Assembly: GCA_014240375.1 (NCBI GenBank)
Contig: JAAZXB010000007.1
Coordinates: 80,350-144,349, forward strand
Direction of reading: 5' to 3'
Length of the DNA stretch: 64,000 nucleotides
Origin: Planctomycetota bacterium
Lineage (GTDB): Bacteria > Planctomycetota > UBA8108 > UBA1146
Positions 57,338 to 64,000 of this stretch are shown piece by piece (positions within the stretch are counted from its first letter, which is position 1; every line of letters begins with the position of its first letter). The notes under the pieces are model-generated. The model was not told where the DNA came from, searched no databases, and saw nothing but the letters and a program-made list of their open reading frames with translations. A program made the translations under genes and the position numbers.

Positions 57338-58672
57338 TTACTGTTGATCCGACGGTTGAACAGCGGCTCCATCTTCTGGACTGGATAACGATTCCATCCA
57401 GCGCAGTGCAGCGGCTAGCTCCGGATCTCCTTGCTCGCGAATTCTCTCTGCGTCGACCTCGATCACTTCATCTGGAATCACACCATCGCCTTCCAGCACT
57501 CGTCCCGAGTGGGATCGATAACCGGCGATGGCATATTGCATCAGATCCCCACAGGGTAGCCTCACGATCATCGACGGCAAGGCGGCTCCCGCGGTGGTAC
57601 GACCGAAAATCCTCGCCACTCCCAGATCTTGCAGTCCCTGGGCAAGAATCTCAGAGGTCGAGGCACTGCCCTCATCCACCAGGATGGCCACAGGTTTCTT
57701 CCAAGGATCGAGTCTCGGATTGACCACGAATTTCATCTTCGAATCTCGAAACTGCATCACGCCCAGTTCGAGCCCCTCCCCCTCGATCAGCCAGCCTGCG
57801 ATACCGCAAGCCATCAGACCCAACCCGCCAGGGTTTCCCCGCAAATCGAGGATGAGTCCGGGAGCATCGACGTGCTCTTCCAGCGCCCTCTGGAACCAGG
57901 GCATCACCTGCATCGGCCCGAGAAACATGTTGAAACGTAGATACAGATATCCACCCTCAACCAGATTTTTTTCGAGCCGTAGCGGGATCGGACCGATGTG
58001 ACCAAACTTTACCGGCTTACCGGTTCCGTGAGGAGTTTCCAGCGTAATCTCGACCTCTCGCAGATTTCCATCGGCATCTTCAATCGTGTACGTGCGAGCA
58101 TCCCCCGCGGATCCCTGCATCGCCGATGCCATGCCTTGAACGGGAAGATATTTATTGCCATCGGCGGTCCATTGCTCGATGAGAGGCTCCAACTGCCTCT
58201 CGCCAACCGCCACCACGATCTCTCCTGCAAGGATCCCGCCGTGCTCAGCCGGACTATCACCCTCGATCCTGACGACAACCGCACGGCCATCGGCCACTCG
58301 CAGCACCACTCCGGTCTCGGCGCTACCACCCTCTCCCAGTCCCTCGGAGGCGCTTCCGGGGATGATCCCGAAGTGGGACAGGTTCAGGCCACTCAATAAC
58401 CCATTCATCGCTTTGCGTGCTTCACCTGCAGTGCTCGCGGCTTCCAACTGTGCTCGTTGGATCTCCTTCGACTGCGTCCACTTCTCTCCGAGTGCATCAG
58501 GATCCCAGAAAGTCGTGTCGATTCGATCACAGACCAACTGAAAGGACTCCCGATAAAGGTCCTTCTGATCACTGCTCATCGGCTGGGCTTTGCCAGGAAG
58601 ACCGAGGCATCCTGAACCACTCAGCGCGACCAGCGCCAACAACACTGAAATTAACAACGATGATGGTTTCAC
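57338..58672 (-). CDS. Peptidase S41 (C-terminal processing/tail-specific protease-like) lipoprotein with PDZ-like domain
   Basis: Lipobox ALSGSGC. LILDLRGNPGG and VAILVDEGSASTSEILAQGLQD (catalytic Ser region), and later a K-containing block, typical of S41. GTG start. Confidence 0.85.
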   Translation of the reverse strand: MKPSSLLISVLLALVALSGSGCLGLPGKAQPMSSDQKDLYRESFQLVCDRIDTTFWDPDALGEKWTQSKEIQRAQLEAASTAGEARKAMNGLLSGLNLSHFGIIPGSASEGLGEGGSAETGVVLRVADGRAVVVRIEGDSPAEHGGILAGEIVVAVGERQLEPLIEQWTADGNKYLPVQGMASAMQGSAGDARTYTIEDADGNLREVEITLETPHGTGKPVKFGHIGPIPLRLEKNLVEGGYLYLRFNMFLGPMQVMPWFQRALEEHVDAPGLILDLRGNPGGLGLMACGIAGWLIEGEGLELGVMQFRDSKMKFVVNPRLDPWKKPVAILVDEGSASTSEILAQGLQDLGVARIFGRTTAGAALPSMIVRLPCGDLMQYAIAGYRSHSGRVLEGDGVIPDEVIEVDAERIREQGDPELAAALRWMESLSSPEDGAAVQPSDQQ

Positions 58673-58741
58673 TGACTTCTCTTTCTTCCTGACAAAGGAG
58701 GCGGACCTTCAATGATCGAAACTGTACTCGAGGGACTGCGG

Positions 58742-58881
58742 TCGAGGGACTGCGGTCGCGGGACTGCGGTCGCGGGACTGCGGTCGCGGGACTGCGGTCG
58801 CGGGACTGCGGTCGCGGGACTGCGGTCGCGGGACTGCGGTCGCGGGACTGCGGTCGCGGGACTGCGGTCGAGAATCACTGC
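58742..58881. repeat. Perfect tandem array: 10 copies of a 14-bp unit (gggactgcggtcgc)
   Basis: Counted directly. Units run from 58742 to 58881. The eight internal copies are identical, and the first and last end in a instead of c. Lies between the divergently transcribed S41 peptidase gene (start 58672) and cutC (start 59023). Confidence 0.97.
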
Positions 58882-59022
58882 CCCTTGCAAGGCCTTGATA
58901 CTGGCCCTGCTGTCGATCCATAAGGATTGCAACGGAACCGAATTACCGACATCATCCCGTGGCATCTTCTCACAAAAGGGTGTCGAGTGCAGGGGAATTC
59001 CAGCGGAAGGATGCGCCTGATC

Positions 59023-59781
59023 ATGGCGAATATTGTACGGATCGAAGTATGTATCGATGACCCTTCCTTTGCATCCGCCAGCGCTGCTGCCGGGGCCGAT
59101 CGAATCGAGATGTGTAGTGCTCTCGATCTTGGTGGGCTCACTCCCACCCCCAGCGCCCTCGGCCGATCGATCCAGCCGGGAATCCCGGTCACCGCGATGA
59201 CCCGTCTGCGCCCCGGAGATTTCATCCTCGACGATGAAGATATCTCCCGGATGCGCGATGAAATCGCCAGCCACATCGCTGCAGGGGCCGAGGGAATCGT
59301 TCTCGGCGCCCTCAAGAACAGTGGAGAGATCGATACCGAGGCGCTGAGCTGGCTGCTGGATGCATGCAATGGCACTCCCGTGACTTTTCACCGCGCCTTC
59401 GATCACTGTTGTGATCGATTTCTCGGGCTGGAACAGATCATCGACGCAGGCTGTCAAAGGCTGCTCACTTCCGGTGGTGCCCCTTCGGCTCTGGAAGGGG
59501 TCGAGGAAGTGGCACGGATCGTCGAGGCTGCGGATGGACGGATCGAGGTGATGGCTGGCGGCGGAGTCCGACCCGGCTGTGGTTCAGAACTGGTCCGAAG
59601 GAGTGGGGTTCAATGGCTCCATCTGAGCGCTCGTGGCCCGGCCAGCCCCGCTGGTGTGGGCCGGCAAAGGGGGTCGAATCCGGCTCCTCTCGGAGCGCTG
59701 GACCCGGGGCCGGTTGCCCCACGCATGGTGACAGACCCCCAGCAAATTCGCCAGCTGGCCATCGAGTTGGGGCGGGAGTAG
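59023..59781 (+). CDS. cutC: Copper homeostasis protein CutC family
   Basis: Start at ATG 59023. IEVCIDD...AAAGADRIEMCSALDLGGLTP, TRLRPGDF, GIVLGAL and VTFHRAFD are collinear with E. coli CutC. Confidence 0.85.
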   Translation: MANIVRIEVCIDDPSFASASAAAGADRIEMCSALDLGGLTPTPSALGRSIQPGIPVTAMTRLRPGDFILDDEDISRMRDEIASHIAAGAEGIVLGALKNSGEIDTEALSWLLDACNGTPVTFHRAFDHCCDRFLGLEQIIDAGCQRLLTSGGAPSALEGVEEVARIVEAADGRIEVMAGGGVRPGCGSELVRRSGVQWLHLSARGPASPAGVGRQRGSNPAPLGALDPGPVAPRMVTDPQQIRQLAIELGRE

Positions 59782-59846
59782 GGATGACCTCCCCCCCCTC
59801 TCCGTGGTAATCTCTCTCCTTCCGAAGAAAGGGAAAGTGAATCACC

Positions 59847-61064
59847 TTGGAAAAGGTCGAACCCGACAACTTCTTAGTGAAATACGGCGGCTATGGACGC
59901 ATCTCCTGGCAAGTACGCTGGGAGGGGGGCCAGGTGGTGTGGCGCCGCTTTGCTCCGGAATGGACAGAGGTCTCCTCGGAGCAGGTCCAGCCCGAACCTC
60001 AGCAGTGGATCGACTTCTGGCAAGCGCTCGACGAAAGCCGAATCTGGGACTGGAACGAGGTCTATTACCGTTCCGCCGATCGTGCCAGAGATCCCAAGGA
60101 TGAAGAACCTGTAGAGACCGATGATGTCGTCTCGTGGTCGGTCGAGATCTTGCTCAAAGATGGTCGACTGGTCGATTCGAGCGGCTCCAATGCTGTTCCT
60201 GGAGAAACTCGCCTCGCTCGACGAGGGCGCGGACGGGGGCGCAGTCGGCGTGAGAGTGCCCCGTCACAAAAATCCGCTCCACAAAAATCCGCTCCACAAA
60301 AATCCGCTCCACAAAAATCCTCTGCCAGCTCTGCTGTCGAATCCGCGGGAGAGGACTCCGCTGCCCCTTCCGATCCGAGCGAAGAAATCCAACGAGTCGA
60401 CAACAACTCGGGGATTCCGATCGATACCTTCGATCGATTCCTCAACGCGCTTCGTACCCTGCTGGGCGGTCGAGAATTTGCTGACGATGAAATGGGTGCC
60501 GCTCCTGAATCGCTTCCGACCCAGTATCGCACCCGCACCATCGAGCGAACCGATCGTCCCGACCCCTTCGCCGAGGAAGCGAAACAGGACAAACCCAAGA
60601 GGTCATCCACTCGCAGAACGGACGGACAAAAACGCCCTACCAGGAAAAAGGTGCCAGGCGGTAGGACCCGTGCAGGTACTTCTTCCAGATCGAGTGCAGA
60701 GGGCGGAACCAGCACCAGAAAAAGATCTCGTCGCGGGAAAAAACCAGGTGGAGAAGTCGCTGAAACCACCGCAGCAACCACCGGTGACCCGGCCGGTCCG
60801 AAGAAACGCCGCAGGAGGCGCAGAAGAAAGCCAGCCAGTGGCCAGCGGGAACCGAGTCGCGGAGGTGGTTCCCGGCCAGCGGCGAATTCTGGCACTTCCC
60901 CAGCAGGAGCGGCAGGAGCTCCAAGAGCAGCAGGAGCAGCAGGAGCGGCAGGAGACGGAACCCAGAAGAAGCGACGGAGGCGTAGACGTCGGCGCAAGCC
61001 CGGTGGAGCCGACTCCTCTGGATCAGGCTCAGGCGCGCCACCGGGAAACTCGTCCAGCGGTTAG
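59847..61064 (+). CDS. Hypothetical protein: about 115-aa Trp-rich N-terminal domain plus about 290-aa disordered, highly basic tail with two poly-Arg tracts
   Basis: TTG start. The N-terminal domain (FLVKYGGYGRISWQVRWEGGQVVWRRF...WIDFWQALDESRIWDWNEVYY) continues without a stop into (QKSAP)x4 and KKRRRRRRRKP / KKRRRRRRRRKP. The frame was chosen because it is contiguous with the globular domain. The low-complexity region makes this call uncertain. Confidence 0.5.
   Translation: MEKVEPDNFLVKYGGYGRISWQVRWEGGQVVWRRFAPEWTEVSSEQVQPEPQQWIDFWQALDESRIWDWNEVYYRSADRARDPKDEEPVETDDVVSWSVEILLKDGRLVDSSGSNAVPGETRLARRGRGRGRSRRESAPSQKSAPQKSAPQKSAPQKSSASSAVESAGEDSAAPSDPSEEIQRVDNNSGIPIDTFDRFLNALRTLLGGREFADDEMGAAPESLPTQYRTRTIERTDRPDPFAEEAKQDKPKRSSTRRTDGQKRPTRKKVPGGRTRAGTSSRSSAEGGTSTRKRSRRGKKPGGEVAETTAATTGDPAGPKKRRRRRRRKPASGQREPSRGGGSRPAANSGTSPAGAAGAPRAAGAAGAAGDGTQKKRRRRRRRRKPGGADSSGSGSGAPPGNSSSG
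60265..60324 (+). repeat. 4 tandem copies of a 15-bp in-frame unit (cacaaaaatccgctc), encoding (QKSAP)n
   Basis: Three perfect copies plus a fourth with two mismatches. The period is a multiple of 3, consistent with coding. Confidence 0.9.
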
Positions 61065-62158
61065 ATTCGTCCGAATTTCGCAGCCATCTGGAGCGAGCGT
61101 TTCGGTAACCGGGAATCGTTCGTGATGATGTGCAACGACCCTCGCAGCAGCGCCTCCTTGCGGTAGTCCCCAAGGGTCACACCGATCCGAAATGTCCGAC
61201 CGGGAACCAGTTCCTGGATCTCTACCTCGAACATGCCATCGGGAAAGCCCTCCAGTTCGACCCCTTTCACCTCGAGAGGTCGAGTCTCATCGAGATTCTG
61301 GATCTGGATGTACTTGGTCACCACTGGATCACCATCTCCGAGCAAGCGATCGGTGTCCTTGTTTCCAAACTGGAACACCCGGGCGGGGGTGACCTGGATC
61401 GGATCGAGGTGCTGGATCTCGATGTATCTCCCGACCACCACCTCACGACCATCCTTGACCGCAATCAGTAGATCGAGGGGATCCTTGATGTTCCTCGGAG
61501 CGGGTGAAGTTCCCACGGTGACTTCGATCTCGTAGTGTCGATCCTTTTCAATCTCGTTGAAATCGGTGATCTCGAACTCGCCGTTTCGAGACCTCGCTCC
61601 CTTCACCTCGAACCCGAGGTCGGTCAGGGCGAACAACTGGATCTTCATCGATTTCGATTTCCCCATCAGTCCCGGCAATAAAATCGGCTCTGGAACGGTC
61701 CGAAACAGACCGATCACATTTACCGTGAAGATGAACTGTAGCCTCGGATTCGCTGGGTCGTCCGTCTCGAAGGTCACTCCCTTGCGAGTGTCACCCGGTT
61801 TGATCTTCTTCGAATCGACCTCGATGCGGATCGCCACCGTTTCTCCCGGTGCGACCTGACTCGGTTTATTGAGGATCTTGGTGCAGCCGCAAGATGCATT
61901 CACCCGCCACATATTGAGCACCTCATCCCCATCATTTCGGATGAAGATGTCTCGCTCGATCACTTCCCCCTGCAACATTTCTCCGTAATCGGTCACATTC
62001 TCGCCGAGCACAATTTTGGGTGTTCCAGAGGTGAGGGGTACCTGTGGTGCCGATGCTCTGACCTGATTCTCATGGCCGGTGAACGCAATGGCGCTGGAGA
62101 CCAGCAGCAGGAGAAGGAGTGAGACACTCCTCGAGATGGGATCGCTGAAGTATTTCAT
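61061..62158 (-). CDS. DUF1573-domain secreted protein
   Basis: Signal MKYFSDPISRSVSLLLLLLVSSAIA. DUF1573 hallmark FIRNDGDEVLNMWRVNASCGCTKI...VAPGETVAIRIEVD. The stop overlaps the convergent 59847 gene by 4 nt. TTG at 62167 is an alternative start. Confidence 0.75.
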   Translation of the reverse strand: MKYFSDPISRSVSLLLLLLVSSAIAFTGHENQVRASAPQVPLTSGTPKIVLGENVTDYGEMLQGEVIERDIFIRNDGDEVLNMWRVNASCGCTKILNKPSQVAPGETVAIRIEVDSKKIKPGDTRKGVTFETDDPANPRLQFIFTVNVIGLFRTVPEPILLPGLMGKSKSMKIQLFALTDLGFEVKGARSRNGEFEITDFNEIEKDRHYEIEVTVGTSPAPRNIKDPLDLLIAVKDGREVVVGRYIEIQHLDPIQVTPARVFQFGNKDTDRLLGDGDPVVTKYIQIQNLDETRPLEVKGVELEGFPDGMFEVEIQELVPGRTFRIGVTLGDYRKEALLRGSLHIITNDSRLPKRSLQMAAKFGRI

Positions 62159-62231
62159 GGGCAACAATCTAAATTACGTGGTCCGTGATTTCATCACTCG
62201 TTCGAGGCAGAATACCTCCCGAAGGAGGAAA

Positions 62232-63659
62232 ATGAGACCCCGAGCAATGACTTTGATCGCACTGATCCTGTTTCTCTGGTTCCTGATAGTGCCCGCTGAG
62301 ACCGGGGCTTCGGAACCCTTTCCGCTGGGAATTCTCGGTGGGAGAGGTCAGGTGGATCCTGGCAGCCCCCTGATCTCGATACTGTCGATCGATCCGGGCT
62401 CTGCGGCGTCCCTGGCGGGACTGAAGAGTGGTGATCAGTTGCGGGGGATCGGTGGTATCCCTTTCACCGACCACTCTGGCAGCATCGATGTCGGAGGCCT
62501 GGGACCACAGAAGTCGCTCGGCGAGGCACTCGATGAGTGCGCTGCTCGAGAGTCGGAGCAGGAGCGCAAGATCTCCCTCGATCTGCTGCGGGATGGCACT
62601 GAACTGACGCTGCAGTTGACGCTCCCTCTTCGCCCCGGTCTCGAAGATGCCGCCGGCCGGACACTACTGGTCGAAAGTTGCTGTCAGCAGCTGGTGAAGA
62701 CCCAGCGTCCAGGCGGCCAGTGGGACTCTCCGGTGGGGCTGACCGGCGACCGAGTGCTCAGCGCATGGGCGGTAGTGGCTCTCCTCTCCGCCGACCCGCA
62801 GAAGTACCGCGACTCGATCGAGCGTGGGGTGGTGTGGCTACGCGGCCCCGACAACCACTGCTGGATCGATGATGATCCGCTGCAGAAGGGACCCGACAAC
62901 CTCGGAAACTGGGCCGTCACTTCTACAGTGGTGGCACTCACCGAACACTGGCTCGCCACCGAGGACCCGCTCGATCCTCCCGTCATCGAGCGGTGCTGCA
63001 AGGCTCTTACCGCCAGGATGAGCGACCAAGGTCTTTTTGGTCACGATGTGGTGCCGGGCTACAACAACAAGGGATTCAATGTCATCAACACCCTCTCCCA
63101 TCTGGCATGGGCGATCGGAGCTGAGGCCGGGGTCACCCTCGATGAAGACTCGTGGTCGAAAAGCCTGGAGCAGATCCGTCGATCGATCGATCCCAACGGT
63201 GGCATTCGCTACTGGACGATGAAGGGGACAGGAACCGGCGATGCGTCTCTGCGCACATCTTCGATGGCACTGGCACTCTCCATCAGTGGCAGAGAACCGC
63301 AGATGGCGCAGCAGCTGGGCGAATATCTCGCCGCTCATCCCAGCAGGATGAGAGAAGCTCATGCGGTCGGTTCACTCGGAATGATGCTCGCACCCTCTGC
63401 GCTGTGGAGGCTGAACCGAACTGGATACTCGAAGTTTCTCGATGAGTGGCGCTGGTATCTTTCGCTGATGCATCGCCCCGATCGATCGGTGCATTACATC
63501 GGTGGCAAGGGAAACAACGGCGGCGATGGCTACCTCGGTAAGCATCGGATCGGCTGCATCATCGCCGTCTTGATCCTCACACCTCCGGCGCAAAAGCTCG
63601 GACTTCATTCCGATGAAAGGAAGCAAAAGTCCAAATTGAAGGCCGTAGGCGATCGATGA
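62232..63659 (+). CDS. Secreted PDZ-domain protein with alpha/alpha-toroid (prenyltransferase/terpene-cyclase-like, DUF6288-type) region
   Basis: Start at ATG 62232 (GAAGGAGGA RBS). PDZ-like PGSAASLAGLKSGDQLRGIGG. Later repeated W/G-rich helical-hairpin motifs (QRPGGQWDS, DNLGNWAV, PNGGIRYW). Confidence 0.65.
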   Translation: MRPRAMTLIALILFLWFLIVPAETGASEPFPLGILGGRGQVDPGSPLISILSIDPGSAASLAGLKSGDQLRGIGGIPFTDHSGSIDVGGLGPQKSLGEALDECAARESEQERKISLDLLRDGTELTLQLTLPLRPGLEDAAGRTLLVESCCQQLVKTQRPGGQWDSPVGLTGDRVLSAWAVVALLSADPQKYRDSIERGVVWLRGPDNHCWIDDDPLQKGPDNLGNWAVTSTVVALTEHWLATEDPLDPPVIERCCKALTARMSDQGLFGHDVVPGYNNKGFNVINTLSHLAWAIGAEAGVTLDEDSWSKSLEQIRRSIDPNGGIRYWTMKGTGTGDASLRTSSMALALSISGREPQMAQQLGEYLAAHPSRMREAHAVGSLGMMLAPSALWRLNRTGYSKFLDEWRWYLSLMHRPDRSVHYIGGKGNNGGDGYLGKHRIGCIIAVLILTPPAQKLGLHSDERKQKSKLKAVGDR

Positions 63660-63727
63660 GCCAGATGCGTCACTCACTTACTCATGGGGAGCAGGGCCAC
63701 GGTCCTCTATAATCGATCGATGGAAGG

Positions 63728-63747
63728 GGCCTGAACTGGTTCAGGCC
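63728..63747 (+). terminator. Hairpin (9-bp perfect stem ggcctgaac/gttcaggcc, 2-nt centre) downstream of 62232-63659
   Basis: Read directly. There is no clear T-run after it, so terminator function is uncertain. Confidence 0.3.
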
Positions 63748-63806
63748 TGGAGTCTTCGCCAACCGGGTCGACGATTCCCACGGTCATTCCCTCTGGAGGT
63801 TTCCCG

Positions 63807-64000
63807 ATGAGATTCTTCTTTCTTGTCAGCATCTACCTCTTGCTCACTCCAGCAGTCTTTGCTCAGGGTCCACTTCCTCCGATACCTCCTGGATCGGATA
63901 TCTTGCTCGAACTCGGTACCATCCAGTATGACGCTGCCACCGGAAACGGATCGGTACAGATGATGATGACCAGTACCGTACCCATCGCCGGCTTCCAGTT
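63807..64000 (+). CDS. Secreted protein, 5' part only (possible cohesin-like start); runs off the window end
   Basis: Not in the ORF track. GGAGG RBS, then ATG 63807: MRFFFLVSIYLLLTPAVFAQGPLPPIPPGSDILLELGTIQYDAATGNGSVQMMMTSTVPIAGFQ... Confidence 0.55.
   Translation, partial: MRFFFLVSIYLLLTPAVFAQGPLPPIPPGSDILLELGTIQYDAATGNGSVQMMMTSTVPIAGFQ

Noticed and set aside
58742-58881. CRISPR array.
   Set aside because: The repeats are contiguous with no spacers, the unit is only 14 bp, and there are no cas genes.
58669-59457. ORFs crossing the 14-bp array (58669-59457 -, 58709-58921 -, 58712-59020 +) as possible repeat proteins (RSPATAVPRPQSRD repeats).
   Set aside because: A 14-bp unit is not a multiple of 3, so any frame is only open by accident of the unit sequence. 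All three ORFs run through the array and none has RBS or signal features. The long minus-strand one is antisense to the well-supported cutC gene.
60065-61125. Alternative frames over the low-complexity region (60065-60997 -, 60121-61125 +, 60637-61173 -).
   Set aside because: None is contiguous with a folded-looking domain or has start signals. The chosen frame continues directly from the N-terminal domain, but the CDS call itself remains only moderate confidence.

Overview
GC-rich, very gene-dense bacterial chromosomal window. It uses the standard bacterial code, since TGA, TAG and TAA all act as ordinary stops. I call about 50 protein-coding genes. Many show 4-nt ATGA start/stop overlaps, and convergent genes abut or overlap at their stops. 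Gene content suggests the PVC superphylum, probably Planctomycetota (inference only): a sulfatase, DUF1573, Gfo/Idh/MocA and TAT-signal xylose-isomerase-like TIM barrels, FG-GAP/ASPIC-UnbV proteins and dockerin-tailed secreted proteins. Housekeeping genes (fumC, leuS, thyA-folA, pyrE, ettA, trkA-trkH, crcB, cutC) are interspersed with many secreted proteins and lipoproteins and with a sugar-acid-type catabolic cluster (36.3-43.6 kb). I saw no rRNA, tRNA, CRISPR array, transposase or integrase. Main observations: (1) A SelW/Rdx-family selenoprotein gene with an in-frame TGA (CVQU motif) and a candidate SECIS hairpin lies at 49734-49976 on the minus strand; the ORF track misses it. (2) A 32-bp perfect direct repeat brackets a 1.45-kb single-gene insert. 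The insert has replaced the 3' end of a cyanophycinase-like gene and left an orphan, still-translatable old 3' end next to an isoaspartyl peptidase gene. (3) A perfect 10-copy 14-bp tandem array sits in a divergent promoter region. (4) An ArsC(LMW-PTP)-fRMsr(GAF) fusion protein is present. (5) Two secreted or disordered proteins carry RGG or poly-Arg tails. (6) Dockerin-tailed enzymes occur together with possible cohesin-like modules. All family assignments come from reading motifs by eye; no searches were run.
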